The notes beneath the pieces are model-generated. The model did no database searches. It saw only the letters and a list, made by a program, of their open reading frames with translations, and was not told the DNA's origin. From an uncultured Blastocatellia bacterium (GTDB taxonomy: Bacteria > Acidobacteriota > Blastocatellia > HR10), in NCBI GenBank assembly GCA_937934295.1, contig CALHAI010000004.1, positions 58,023-122,022 of the forward strand: DNA of 64,000 bases, read 5' to 3'. Positions 54,049 through 64,000 of the stretch are shown piece after piece (position 1 is the stretch's first letter; every line of letters starts with the position of its first letter). Made by a program: the position numbers and the translations under genes.

Positions 54049-55182
54049 ATGCGGGTCGTCGTGGTCGGATACGGACGCGTGGGACGTCGCGCCGTCGCGC
54101 AGCTTGTGGAGCGCGGTCATGAGGTGACGTTGATCGACAAGGAGGCCATTCGGCTGCGCGGCGCCGTGGATTTCCCCAACGTGAAGTTGGTGCAAGGTGA
54201 TGGCACGGACGTGGACGTGCAGCGCCAAGCGGGCGTGGATCGCGCCGATCTTTTCCTCGCGCTCACCCGCGAGGACAATGTGAATCTGATGGCGGCGCAA
54301 GTCGCGCGCTTGGTCTTTCACGTACCGCGCGCTCTCGCCCGCGTCTACGAGCCGAGCCATCGGGATGTCACCGACGATGGACAGTTGATCACCATCTGTC
54401 CGACGCTCTACACGGTCGAGGCCATCATGCAGCGCGTTGATGAATTGGCCGCGCATCCGATCCCGCGACCGGAAATCCCTCCCGTGCACGAGCCGCGTCC
54501 GGCGCGGCCGCGAACCGACGAGTCGAAGTTCATCCTTGTGGTCGGCGCGGGAAAGGTCGGGATTAATCTCGTTCGCTCGTTGCTCGGGAGCGGGCATGAG
54601 GTGGCGCTCGTCGAGCGCGATGTGGCATATGCCGCGCGGCTGCGGACGGAGTTGGAGTGCCCGGTCATCATCGGCGACGGGACCTTGGGGCCCGTCCTCG
54701 AAGAAGCCGGTGCCGGTCGCGCCCGCGTCTTCGTCGCCGTCACCGGCAATGACGAGAACAACCTGATCGCGTGTCAGCTCGCCAAACGGGTGTTCCGCGT
54801 CCCCAAGGCGATCGCGCGCGTGAGCAATCCGAAGAACGAACCCGTGATGCGGCAGCTCGGCGTGGATGCGACCGTCAGTTCGACGGCCATCATCGAGCAG
54901 GTCATTGAACGCGAGCTGCCGACGATCTCCATCCGCACGCTCCTCAATCTGCATGGCGGACGAGCACAGATCATCGAGTATGTGCTTGGCGAGCGGTGTC
55001 CGGTGGCCGGGAAGGCCTTGCGCGACATCGCCTTCCCACCCGAGTGCAACATCGTCGCCATCGAGCGCGCGGGCACGACGCTCATCCCTCGTGGAGAGAC
55101 GCGCTTGCAGGTCGGCGATATGGTCGTCGCCTTAGTCACCCGAGAGCAGGAGTCGGAATTGCGCCGCCTCTTGATGGGATGA
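54049..55182 (+). CDS. trkA: TrkA-family RCK protein (RCK_N-RCK_N-RCK_C)
   Basis: Two GxGxxG Rossmann motifs (GYGRVG, GAGKVG), DNVN and DENN, C-terminal IPRGETRLQVGD. Confidence 0.88.
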   Translation: MRVVVVGYGRVGRRAVAQLVERGHEVTLIDKEAIRLRGAVDFPNVKLVQGDGTDVDVQRQAGVDRADLFLALTREDNVNLMAAQVARLVFHVPRALARVYEPSHRDVTDDGQLITICPTLYTVEAIMQRVDELAAHPIPRPEIPPVHEPRPARPRTDESKFILVVGAGKVGINLVRSLLGSGHEVALVERDVAYAARLRTELECPVIIGDGTLGPVLEEAGAGRARVFVAVTGNDENNLIACQLAKRVFRVPKAIARVSNPKNEPVMRQLGVDATVSSTAIIEQVIERELPTISIRTLLNLHGGRAQIIEYVLGERCPVAGKALRDIAFPPECNIVAIERAGTTLIPRGETRLQVGDMVVALVTREQESELRRLLMG

Positions 55183-56093
55183 GGCGTTCGGAAGCCATGA
55201 ACGAGTTTTGGGCTGTGCGCATTCGCTTGAAGGAAGACCTGAGCGAGGTCCTGTTCCCCTGCTTCTCGCGCGCTGGGACGCGCGGGCTCGCTTTCATCGA
55301 GACGGACACGGACCTGGAGGTGCTCGTCTATTTCGACGTGCCGCAGGAGGTCGCGTGGTGGGCGAACGAGATGCGTCGCGCCATACGAGAGGCCGGGTTC
55401 TCCGACGACTGCGTGGCCGACGTTCGCGTCGAACGTGTTCCTGCTGAGGATTGGGCGAGCCGATGGAAAGCGGGGTACAATCCCTTTCCCGTCGGGCGAC
55501 GATTCCTCATCGCGCCATCGTGGGGCCGACCCCCGGAGACGGGGGATCGCCTCCTGATTGTGATCGATCCGGGGATGGCCTTTGGCACGGGCATGCATGC
55601 GACGACGCGACAGTGTCTGCAGGCGCTGGAGGAATATTGGACGGGGCGCTCTCTCCTCGACGTAGGGACTGGGACCGGCATCCTCGCCATCGCCGCGGCT
55701 CACCTCCATCCCCAGGCGCGCATCGTCGCGCTCGATATTGATCCCGAAGCCTGTGCGGTCGCCCGCGAGAATGTGGAGCGGAACGGCGTCCGCGAAGGCA
55801 TCGCGCTGTTCTGTGGGACGCTCGACGACCTGCCCGAAGAACGCTTCGAGATGGTGCTCGCTAATCTCACGGCCGATGTGCTCGCGAGCCTTCTCCCCCG
55901 GTTCCCCCAGCGGCTCGAACCGGGGGGCTTCCTCGTCCTCTCCGGGCTCCTCGACGGCGATGAGGAGCCATTCCGAGAGGCCCTCGCGGCGAAGGCCTTT
56001 CGCCCTCTCGAGATCAAACGAGAGGAGGAGTGGCGAACGATTGTCGCGCGGTATGAGCCTTCATCGGTTCTATGCGCCTCCGGAAGCCATTGA
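55179..56093 (+). CDS. prmA: ribosomal protein L11 methyltransferase
   Basis: EDWASRWK, IDPGMAFGTGMHATT, LDVGTGTGIL, VLANL. Confidence 0.94.
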   Translation: MRRSEAMNEFWAVRIRLKEDLSEVLFPCFSRAGTRGLAFIETDTDLEVLVYFDVPQEVAWWANEMRRAIREAGFSDDCVADVRVERVPAEDWASRWKAGYNPFPVGRRFLIAPSWGRPPETGDRLLIVIDPGMAFGTGMHATTRQCLQALEEYWTGRSLLDVGTGTGILAIAAAHLHPQARIVALDIDPEACAVARENVERNGVREGIALFCGTLDDLPEERFEMVLANLTADVLASLLPRFPQRLEPGGFLVLSGLLDGDEEPFREALAAKAFRPLEIKREEEWRTIVARYEPSSVLCASGSH

Positions 56094-56784
56094 TGAGAGC
56101 GTGATCCGACTCGATGAGCGGGAGTCGCATCATCTGCGCCATGTCCTCAGGTTGAAGCCAGGAGCGCGCGTCCTCGTCTTCGACGGGACGGGCGTCGAAT
56201 ATGAGGGAATCGTGCTGGAGACTCCAGAGCGCTGCGCATCGGTGGGCATTCGGATGCGAACGACGCCGACTGTCGAATCACCGCTTGAGCTGACGCTCGC
56301 GCAAGCGCTCCTTAAAGGCGAGAAGTTCGATCTCGTCGTGCAGAAGGCGACCGAGCTGGGCGTGCATCGGATCATCCCCCTTCTGACGCGCCACGCGGTC
56401 ATCGGGACATCTTCACCACAGCGACTCGAGCGATGGCGGCGTATCGCGTTGGAGGCCGCTAAGCAATCCCGGCGGACGCGTCTCGTTCATGTCGAGGAGC
56501 CGCAGCGGATGCTGGATGTGCTGGAAAAGATGCGCGCGCCCGCGCTCTTTTGCGTGGAGCGAGAGGGGGTATCGCTTCGCGAGATCGCCGCGCGATGGTC
56601 TGACGCGCCTCCGCATCAGCTCATCGTCTTCGTCGGCCCGGAAGGGGGATGGGCCGATGAGGAGATCGAGACCGCGCGGAAAGTCGGAGCCGCGTTCCTC
56701 TCGCTTGGCCCGCGCATCTTGCGCGCGGAGACGGCCGGACTCGTCGTGCTCAGCCTGGTTCAATTCCTGTGGGGAGATTTGTGA
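56053..56784 (+). CDS. rsmE: 16S rRNA U1498 methyltransferase
   Basis: HHLRHVLR, QKATELG, VGPEGG, LGPRILRAETA. Confidence 0.95.
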   Translation: MSLHRFYAPPEAIDESVIRLDERESHHLRHVLRLKPGARVLVFDGTGVEYEGIVLETPERCASVGIRMRTTPTVESPLELTLAQALLKGEKFDLVVQKATELGVHRIIPLLTRHAVIGTSSPQRLERWRRIALEAAKQSRRTRLVHVEEPQRMLDVLEKMRAPALFCVEREGVSLREIAARWSDAPPHQLIVFVGPEGGWADEEIETARKVGAAFLSLGPRILRAETAGLVVLSLVQFLWGDL

Positions 56785-57048
56785 TCGGGCGCGGAAGTTC
56801 CGTCAGGGGATCCTCCTCCGCATGCTCCGGAACGAGGGCTGGCGCTTCCCCAGCGGTTCACCAGACCCGTGTGGGGAGGGGGGGAACAGCTGTTCGTCGC
56901 CCTCATCCGCGAGGAGGTGCTCCTCGCATGAGGAGGGCGAAGGCCGAGAGCACGAAGATCCCTTCGCGCGCTTCTCGATGTGCGGAGGGCACGTGGTTGC
57001 GAAGGCCTTCGACCTTCGGATAAGATTTCTCGCTGTGAGGTCGGACCG

Positions 57049-58164
57049 ATGATCAGAACGATCGAATGGACGGACGAAGGCGTTCGCGTGATTGATCAGC
57101 GAAAGTTGCCGCATGAGGAGATCTCTCTGCTCTTGCGCACGCCGGAAGAGGTGGCCGAGGCCATTCGCGCGATGATCGTGCGCGGGGCGCCGGCCATCGG
57201 CGTGACGGCGGCATTCGGCCTGGCGCTCGGCGTGAGACGCTCGAGCGCCCGCACGGTTGAGGAGTTAGAAGCGGAATTCGAGGCGCTCTGCCGACTCATG
57301 GCGCGCGCGCGACCGACGGCGGCGAATCTCTTCTGGGCCATCGAACGCGTGCGACGTGCGTGGGCCGAAGCGCGACGGCGCAACCTGCCGTTGCCCCTGC
57401 TCAAGGAGTGGGTGATTCAAGAGGCGCACAACATCTACCGGGAGGACATCGAGACGAATTGGCGGATGGCGCATCATGGGGCCGCCCTGATCCCTGATCC
57501 CGCGCGCATCCTCACGCATTGCAATACGGGCGCTCTGGCGACGGCCGGGGGCATGGGCACGGCGCTCGGCGTCGTGCGCGCCGCCGTGCTCATGGGCAAG
57601 CGCGTGCACGTCTACGTGGATGAGACGCGCCCGTTTCTCCAAGGCGCGCGATTGACGGCCTGGGAGCTGCTCAAGGAGCGAATCCCGGCCACGCTGATCA
57701 CGGACAATATGGCCGGATACATGATGTATCGAGGACTTGTGGACTGCGTGCTCGTGGGCGCGGACCGGATTGCCGCCAATGGCGATGTCGCTAACAAGAT
57801 CGGGACCTACACGCTCGCCATCCTCGCGAAGGAGCATGGGATCCCCTTCTACGTCGTGGCCCCTATCTCGACATTGGACCTCTCGATCGCATCCGGCGAT
57901 CACATCCCTATTGAGGAACGACCGGCGATCGAGGTCACACACATCAACGGACGGCCAATCGCCCCCCAGGGGATCGCCGTCGCCAATCCGGCCTTCGACA
58001 TCACGCCCCATCGCTACGTGACGGCCATCGTGACCGAGCGCGGGATCGCGCGACCGCCATATCCGGAGAGCTTGAGCGCTTTGGCCGCACAGCCGGACGT
58101 CGCGCACGCTCCGGCTGAAGAACGAGCGCTCTCGGGTGACGCCCCGCCTTCGGGATCTTCGTGA
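57049..58164 (+). CDS. mtnA: methylthioribose-1-phosphate isomerase
   Basis: [49 protein letters not shown]. Confidence 0.95.
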   Translation: MIRTIEWTDEGVRVIDQRKLPHEEISLLLRTPEEVAEAIRAMIVRGAPAIGVTAAFGLALGVRRSSARTVEELEAEFEALCRLMARARPTAANLFWAIERVRRAWAEARRRNLPLPLLKEWVIQEAHNIYREDIETNWRMAHHGAALIPDPARILTHCNTGALATAGGMGTALGVVRAAVLMGKRVHVYVDETRPFLQGARLTAWELLKERIPATLITDNMAGYMMYRGLVDCVLVGADRIAANGDVANKIGTYTLAILAKEHGIPFYVVAPISTLDLSIASGDHIPIEERPAIEVTHINGRPIAPQGIAVANPAFDITPHRYVTAIVTERGIARPPYPESLSALAAQPDVAHAPAEERALSGDAPPSGSS

Positions 58165-58177
58165 GGGGAAGGCGGCG

Positions 58178-59269
58178 ATGTTGATCCTCGGGATCGAGAC
58201 TTCTTGCGACGAGACGGCGGCTGCCGTCGTTGAGGACGGGCAGATCGTGCGCTCGAACATCGTGGCCACGCAGTACGCCATCCATCGGCCGTACGGAGGG
58301 ATCGTACCCGAGCTGGCCTCGCGCGAGCATGTGCGGAACATCATCCCCATCGTCCGGGCTGCCTTAGAGGATGCGGGCGTGACCTTTCGCGAGATCGAGG
58401 CCATCGCCGTGACGCGAGGTCCGGGGCTGATCGGCTCACTCCTTGTGGGGATCTGCTACGCGAAGTCGCTCGCGTATGCCCTCTCGCGGCCGTTTCTGGG
58501 TGTGAATCATCATGAGGGGCACATCTTCTCGGTTGTCTTCGAGAATCCGCCCGTTCGGTATCCCGCGCTCGCGCTCGTCGTCTCGGGGGGGGATACGAGC
58601 CTCTTCTGGGTGCCGGAGCCGGAGCGGTACCACCTGCTCGGACATACGCGCGACGATGCGGCTGGTGAGGCCTTTGATAAGGTGGCGAAGCTGCTGGGAC
58701 TTGGGTATCCCGGCGGTCCGGTGATCGACCGATTGGCGAAGTGCGGGGATCCTCGCGCCGTTCGGTTCACGATCCCGCGCACGAGTGAGAACGATTTCGA
58801 TTTCAGCTTCAGCGGGCTCAAGACGGCCGTCGTTCGCTACGTGCGGGAGCGGGAGATTCGTCCCGTGCGAGAGGGGGAGGAGGTGCCGGAAGTGATCCTC
58901 GATCTGCTGGCGAGCTTTCAAGAGACGGTCGTGCGCACGCTCGTGCAGCGCCTGTCGCGGGCGCTGGAACGGTACGAAGCGCGCACGCTCATTCTGACCG
59001 GTGGCGTCGCGTGCAACAGTCGGTTGCGCGAAGAAGTGTTTCGCCTGGGACGAGCGACCGGGATTCCCGTCTATGTCCCGAGCCCGCCGCTCACGACCGA
59101 TAATGCCGCCATGATCGCTGCCGCCGCTTATCCGAAGCTGCTGCGCGGCGAACGTTCGGGATGGGATCTGACGGCCGAGTCCGGTCTGCGCTTGCATCAG
59201 GTGGACGCGCGGCGCGACAGCCGCGCCCTTCGCTTGAAGGGGGGATATGGCAGAGCGCATCTATCGTGA
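58178..59269 (+). CDS. tsaD: tRNA threonylcarbamoyltransferase TsaD
   Basis: [47 protein letters not shown]. Confidence 0.96.
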   Translation: MLILGIETSCDETAAAVVEDGQIVRSNIVATQYAIHRPYGGIVPELASREHVRNIIPIVRAALEDAGVTFREIEAIAVTRGPGLIGSLLVGICYAKSLAYALSRPFLGVNHHEGHIFSVVFENPPVRYPALALVVSGGDTSLFWVPEPERYHLLGHTRDDAAGEAFDKVAKLLGLGYPGGPVIDRLAKCGDPRAVRFTIPRTSENDFDFSFSGLKTAVVRYVREREIRPVREGEEVPEVILDLLASFQETVVRTLVQRLSRALERYEARTLILTGGVACNSRLREEVFRLGRATGIPVYVPSPPLTTDNAAMIAAAAYPKLLRGERSGWDLTAESGLRLHQVDARRDSRALRLKGGYGRAHLS

Positions 59270-60539
59270 TCCGGTGCATAACATCATCTCGCTGGAGGAG
59301 ACGGATCCGGACGATCAGCTGCTCATTCGATTGATCGATACTCCCGAATTTCAACGATTGCGCCGGATCAAACAATTGGGCTTGGCGCTCTTCACTTATC
59401 AAGGGGCTGAGCACAGCCGCTTCTCGCATTCGCTCGGCGTGATGCATCTGATGCGGCGCGTCCTCGCGCTGCTCGGGCAACGGTATCCGATCGACCGCGA
59501 GACGCGCCTGACGGCCATGTGCGCGGCCTTGCTCCATGACATCGGGCACGGACCCTTCTCTCACGTCATGGAGGCCGTACTCGGTTACCGGCATGAGGAA
59601 TGGGGAGCCCGGATCATCCTTGATGAGGGGACAGTGCTCCATCGCGTATTGAGCGAGCATGATCGCGAGCTGCCCGCGCGGATCGTCGCCGTCTGGCAGC
59701 ACACCTATCGGCCGCGATTCGTCTCCCAGCTCATCTCCAGTCAGATGGATGTGGACCGCTTCGACTATCTCTTGCGCGACAGCCTGATGACGGGTGCCAA
59801 GTACGGCCTCTACGACCTGGAGTGGATCCTTCATACGCTGGAGATCGCGCCCGAGCAGGAGTACCTCTACGTCGCAGCCAAGGGCCTTTACGCCGTCGAA
59901 GCGTATCTGCAGGCGCGCTATTACATGTTCCGTCAGGTCTACTTCCATCGGAACTTGCGAACGGCTGAAGCGATGCTCCGCTCCATTTTCCGACGCGCCA
60001 TCGATCTCATGGCGAGCGATCGCTTGCAGCATATCGTCCCCGATTCGGTGATGGCGAAGGTCCTGCGGCGCGCGTCGCTCGTGACCGAGGAGTATCTCGC
60101 TTTCGACGATCACGATGTCATGTTCCACATCAAATGGTGGACGAAAGAGCCTGATCCGATCCTCAGGGATCTGGCCAGCGGATTCCTCCACCGCCGCCTC
60201 TTCAAGTCCGTGGATATGCAGATCAATGCCGAGCGCCGGCGCCGATTCCTCGAGCAAGCGCGTCGGATCGTCGAGGTCGCCGGGTTCGATCCTCGTTACT
60301 ATCTGGTCGAGGATCGCGCGAGCGACATCCCGTATCTCGGCCCCTATTCCCCGGAGACCTCGGGACCGGAGAATCGCATCTACGTCGAAGTGGATGGGGG
60401 GAGCCGCATCCTGCGCGAGATCACGGAGATCTCTCCCGCGATCCGCCGATTGCGACGATTTCATATTGATCGGCTCTGCTTCCCCGAAGCGGTGAGCGAG
60501 GCCATTCGCACTCTGGTTGAACGGGAGGAGAAGGCATGA
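59247..60539 (+). CDS. HD-domain phosphohydrolase (SAMHD1/YwfO-like)
   Basis: [45 protein letters not shown]. Confidence 0.92.
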   Translation: MAERIYRDPVHNIISLEETDPDDQLLIRLIDTPEFQRLRRIKQLGLALFTYQGAEHSRFSHSLGVMHLMRRVLALLGQRYPIDRETRLTAMCAALLHDIGHGPFSHVMEAVLGYRHEEWGARIILDEGTVLHRVLSEHDRELPARIVAVWQHTYRPRFVSQLISSQMDVDRFDYLLRDSLMTGAKYGLYDLEWILHTLEIAPEQEYLYVAAKGLYAVEAYLQARYYMFRQVYFHRNLRTAEAMLRSIFRRAIDLMASDRLQHIVPDSVMAKVLRRASLVTEEYLAFDDHDVMFHIKWWTKEPDPILRDLASGFLHRRLFKSVDMQINAERRRRFLEQARRIVEVAGFDPRYYLVEDRASDIPYLGPYSPETSGPENRIYVEVDGGSRILREITEISPAIRRLRRFHIDRLCFPEAVSEAIRTLVEREEKA

Positions 60540-61489
60540 GGGTCTCGCGTCGCGAATTCCTCGCACGCGGTCTTCGAGCCGGAGCGACAGCGTTCGTCGG
60601 AGTGAGCGCTTGGTCTGCGCCCTTCGGCGAGGTGGAGACGAGGATCACGCTCTTGCACACGAACGATGTCCACTCGCGGTTGGAACCGTTTCCCGACGAC
60701 GATCCGCAATACGCCGGATTGGGCGGTGCCGCTCGACGCGCCGCGCTCGTCAAACGCGTTCGTCGGGAGAATCCGAACACGCTGCTTCTGGATGCCGGCG
60801 ATGCCTTTCAGGGAACGCCGTACTACACCGTCTATCGCGGTGAGGCCGATTATCAGGTCATGTCGGCCATCGGCTACGATGTCGTCACCTTGGGGAATCA
60901 CGAATTCGACAGCGGATTGGAGGCACTCGCTCGCGCTCTCAATTTCGCGAAGTTCGACGTCGTCTGCGCGAATTACGACTTCCGCGAGACACTGCTTCGA
61001 GATCGTATCAAGCCCTACGTCGTGCGAGAGCTCGCTGGAGTGCGCATTGGGATCTTCGGGCTCGGGATCGCCCTGGAGGGGCTGGTGCCGGAGCGACATC
61101 GGGTGGGTGTGCGGTATCGCGATCCCATCGCGACGGCGCGCGCGATGGTTCGCACGCTCCGAGAGCGCGAGGACGCACTGCTTGTCGTCTGCCTCTCGCA
61201 CTTGGGGCTCTACGAGGAGTCCGAGCGAGAACGGATGGCCCCCCCTCTCATCGGCGATCGCGAAGTCGCGCGAGCCGTCGAGGGGATTGATGTGATCCTC
61301 GGCGGGCATACACATACGTTCATGAAAGAGCCGGAACTCGTTCGTCGTCCAAGCGGCGGTGCGACGCTCATCTTTCAGGTGGGATTCGGCGGCATCGTCT
61401 TGGGCCGCCTCGATCTCTTCGTCCGCGAGCGGCGACTTGTCGGTTTCGTGGGGGGCGCGCTGCCGATCTCCGAGCGCGCGCTCGCATGA
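60536..61489 (+). CDS. Tat-exported 5'-nucleotidase, metallophosphoesterase domain only
   Basis: SRREFL Tat signal; HTNDVHS, DAGD, GNHEFD, LSHLG, GGHTH. Confidence 0.9.
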   Translation: MRVSRREFLARGLRAGATAFVGVSAWSAPFGEVETRITLLHTNDVHSRLEPFPDDDPQYAGLGGAARRAALVKRVRRENPNTLLLDAGDAFQGTPYYTVYRGEADYQVMSAIGYDVVTLGNHEFDSGLEALARALNFAKFDVVCANYDFRETLLRDRIKPYVVRELAGVRIGIFGLGIALEGLVPERHRVGVRYRDPIATARAMVRTLREREDALLVVCLSHLGLYEESERERMAPPLIGDREVARAVEGIDVILGGHTHTFMKEPELVRRPSGGATLIFQVGFGGIVLGRLDLFVRERRLVGFVGGALPISERALA

Positions 61490-61503
61490 GGGAGAGAGCC
61501 GAC

Positions 61504-62115
61504 ATGGCGCGACCGATCCTCACCGAGGCCGATGTGATGGCTCTGGAACCCGGAACGACGCTCTTGGTCCCGCCGGATGCGCTCATCACGCCGGCCGCGC
61601 ATGATCGCGCGCGAGAGCGCGGGATCGAGATCCGCCGAAGTCCTAACCCATCTCGCGAGGCGATCGCCCTCGGCGCCGACCATGCTGGGTTCGCGCTCAA
61701 GGAGAAGCTCAAGACGTGGTTGATCGAGTTGGGCTACGAGGTGCGCGATTTCGGGACCTTCGATGAGCGACCGGTGGATTACCCCGACATCGCGTATCGC
61801 GTCGCGCGAGCCATCTCCCGTGGGGAGATCGCGCGCGGCATCCTTCTGGACGGGGCGGGCATCGGCTCTTGTATCGTCGCCAATAAGTTGCCGGGCGTGC
61901 GCGCCGCTCTCTGCTATGATCGCGCGACGGCTCGAAATAGCCGCGAGCATAATGATGCCAATGTCTTGACACTCGGCGCGCGCTCGCTCAATGAGGCGAC
62001 GGCGCGGGAGATCGTTCTGGTGTGGCTCACGTATCATCTGACCGAGGAGCGACATCGGCGTCGCATCGAGAAGATCCGCGACATTGAGCGCCGACATCTG
62101 AAGGACGTCGAGTGA
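61504..62115 (+). CDS. rpiB: RpiB/LacA/LacB sugar-phosphate isomerase with extra N-terminal domain
   Basis: GADHAG, VDYPD, ANKLPGVRAA, REHNDANVL, RHRRR. Confidence 0.88.
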   Translation: MARPILTEADVMALEPGTTLLVPPDALITPAAHDRARERGIEIRRSPNPSREAIALGADHAGFALKEKLKTWLIELGYEVRDFGTFDERPVDYPDIAYRVARAISRGEIARGILLDGAGIGSCIVANKLPGVRAALCYDRATARNSREHNDANVLTLGARSLNEATAREIVLVWLTYHLTEERHRRRIEKIRDIERRHLKDVE

Positions 62116-63023
62116 CCTCCATCCCCACGCCAGAAGGCATGCCGTACTTACCGTGTGATCTCTGCGGCGGAACGGATGCGCGATTCCTCATGGCGTGCGA
62201 GCGGTTGGACGGGCCGCTTGTGCGATGCCGGCAGTGCGGTCTGGTCTACGTTGGGGAGCGGCGGGAGGATTTCACCTTCTCGCGCTTCGATCCCGAGCGC
62301 TCGCGTCGTTTGGCCGAGCGCGTGAGAGCGCTCGAGTTGGTGGATGAAGAGGTCGAGGTGCGCGAAGCGCCCGTGCGAGAGCAGGTGATGGCCGAGCGGT
62401 TGCGATGGGTGCAACGCTTCATCGCGTCAGGGCGGCTGTTGGAGATCGGATGCGCGGATGGCGCCTTTCTGAAGCTGGCCGCTCGTGCGGGATTTCACGC
62501 ACACGGGATCGAGCCCGATCCGGTGACAAGCGCTGTGGCTCGGCAGTGTTCCAACATCGTCGTCTTCCCCGGCACGCTCGCCGACGCCCCGTACCCAGCC
62601 GCTTCCTTCGACGTCATTGTGCTCTTCCATGTCCTGGAGCATCTGGATTCGCCGCGACGAGCGCTTCATGAAATCCACCGCCTTCTGCGCCCTGGCGGAG
62701 TCATCGTCATCGAAACGCCTAATATCGCCTCGCTCTGGTTTCGCCTCCTCGGCCGACGGTGGCGGCAGTTCATCCCTGATCACTACTACTTCTTCTCGCC
62801 GGTCACGTTGACGCGGCTTCTTGAGGAGAGCCGATTCCGCCTGCTCGCGCTCACCCACCCAAAGCGAATCGTGAGCCTGCGACTTCTGAGCGATCGCCTA
62901 CGACGCTTATCCATTCCGGCAGGGCGACTCCTGCTGCGAGCCATCACCCGAATGGGGTGGGAAGAGCGAACGGTCACCCTCCGCCTCAGCGACGTCCTGC
63001 TCGCTGCAGCCGTGAAGCCGTAA
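62112..63023 (+). CDS. class I SAM-dependent methyltransferase with N-terminal Cys4 Zn site
   Basis: CDLC...CRQC, LEIGCADG, FHVLEH, LRPGG. Confidence 0.9.
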   Translation: MTSIPTPEGMPYLPCDLCGGTDARFLMACERLDGPLVRCRQCGLVYVGERREDFTFSRFDPERSRRLAERVRALELVDEEVEVREAPVREQVMAERLRWVQRFIASGRLLEIGCADGAFLKLAARAGFHAHGIEPDPVTSAVARQCSNIVVFPGTLADAPYPAASFDVIVLFHVLEHLDSPRRALHEIHRLLRPGGVIVIETPNIASLWFRLLGRRWRQFIPDHYYFFSPVTLTRLLEESRFRLLALTHPKRIVSLRLLSDRLRRLSIPAGRLLLRAITRMGWEERTVTLRLSDVLLAAAVKP

Positions 63024-63047
63024 GAGCGTTCCGTCTAGTTCAATTAG

Positions 63048-63143
63048 GTTTCAATCCCACCTTGGTTCGATTAGCACTGAGCGGGCCGCGTTGGGGAGGA
63101 AGCTTTTGGAGGCGTTTCAATCCCACCTTGGTTCGATTAGCAC
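63048..63143 (-). CRISPR. CRISPR mini-array: 2 identical 30-bp repeats and one 36-bp spacer
   Basis: GTTTCAATCCCACCTTGGTTCGATTAGCAC at 63048-63077 and 63114-63143; minus-strand form ends ATTGAAAC; next to cas2. Confidence 0.92.
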
Positions 63144-63300
63144 CCAGGCAATTCGTCCGAAAAAAGCTGAATTTCGGCCTCCATTATGCCGTCGACCTCC
63201 GGTAGGTGTCAAGAGGGCGGGGAACGACGGCACTTTGGCCCCACTCCCTGGCGCGGACAAACCCTTGACCTGTACGCCCTCAGTCCTGAGGGAATTGTTC
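63144..63300 (-). promoter_or_regulatory. CRISPR leader
   Basis: Lies between cas2 and the first repeat; contains GTCGACCTCC and the inverted repeat TGCCGTCG/CGACGGCA. Confidence 0.6.
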
Positions 63301-63473
63301 CCATCTGGCGGAAGCGCCATGCGAGGGGGGAGGCGTCGGCTTCCGCTGCGCAAAATCTACCCTCCCAAACGTTCGGATGCCAATGAGAGAGGATTTGGCT
63401 ATGCACAGCCTCCCATGTTATCCCGACAAAGGCCAGATCGCTTCGCCACCTCTTCTAGCGATCTTCCAGCTCC

Positions 63474-63737
63474 CTAAATTATGCTCCCCGTTTCACCCTT
63501 CACCTGTCCTATGATTTCCTTCCTCACCCATCGCGCATCTCGCAGGATATAGAGATAGACTGAGTCTCGATCCTCATCAATGAGAGCCTTCAGTCCAAGT
63601 CTCACCTGTTCCACTTGGGCTTCACTCAACTCTCCCTCGAATGCCGAATTCTGCACCCAATTCATGTAGCGGCGGAGAAACGGGCACACCTTATTGACCC
63701 GCTCCTGCTCAATGTCATAGACGATGATGACGTACAT
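63474..63737 (-). CDS. cas2: CRISPR-associated endoribonuclease Cas2
   Basis: YVIIVYDI...WVQNSAFEGEL...DSVYLY. Confidence 0.95.
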   Translation of the reverse strand: MYVIIVYDIEQERVNKVCPFLRRYMNWVQNSAFEGELSEAQVEQVRLGLKALIDEDRDSVYLYILRDARWVRKEIIGQVKGETGSII

Positions 63738-63830
63738 GAGTGAAACCCTCCACTTCAGAGATTCAAAAGGGGCGGTCAGTATCCGGCGACAATGACTGTT
63801 TACCCATGACCGATCGCTGAACCACCGACG

Positions 63831-64000
63831 CTACCACCACGCCCGCAAAGCCCGATAGGGCTCATCGCCCACGAAGTGGCGCACGAGTTTATAACACTCC
63901 AGCCGAATGAAGCCCCGATACGACACATGGCATCCCATGCGCCGATGTTTGACGGTTGCTTGGAGGCGTTCATCGAACTCTTGCACGACCGTCTTGCGGG
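63831..64000 (-). CDS. cas1: Cas1 C-terminus (type I-B style), partial
   Basis: Hand translation RKTVVQEFDERLQATVKHRRMGCHVSYRGFIRLECYKLVRHFVGDEPYRALRAWW*. Confidence 0.9.
   Translation of the reverse strand, partial: RKTVVQEFDERLQATVKHRRMGCHVSYRGFIRLECYKLVRHFVGDEPYRALRAWW

Noticed and set aside
56785-57048. SAM or SAH riboswitch upstream of mtnA
   Set aside because: Conserved aptamer cores not found, and the likely promoter lies downstream of the structured part

Overview
High-GC bacterial chromosomal window, mostly housekeeping. Gene content and style suggest a thermophilic Acidobacteria-like (Blastocatellia-like) organism, which is an inference. It holds a 13-kb respiratory supercluster: Rieske protein, split b6-like cytochrome b, an 8-heme cytochrome c, a putative type-1 copper lipoprotein, ctaA/ctaB and a convergent aa3-type oxidase operon. 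It also holds a split MetE, proS-holB-tmk-hfq-miaA, an hsp20/RpoD-paralog/rho block, comM, mpl, rlmN, hisS-aspS-mutL, an orphan groEL and tRNA-Lys(UUU). The right part has an APC/USP/TrkA module, prmA-rsmE-mtnA-tsaD, nucleotide-salvage-like genes and the end of a type I-B CRISPR-Cas locus (cas1, cas2, single-spacer array). The most unusual signal is missing from the ORF track: two tandem paralogous micro-genes (36 and 33 aa, 40571-40891) behind a near-consensus promoter. Each encodes MRERG|Q[LI]D plus one hydrophobic helix, resembling minimal class III (prepilin-like) peptides, and an intrinsic terminator separates them.
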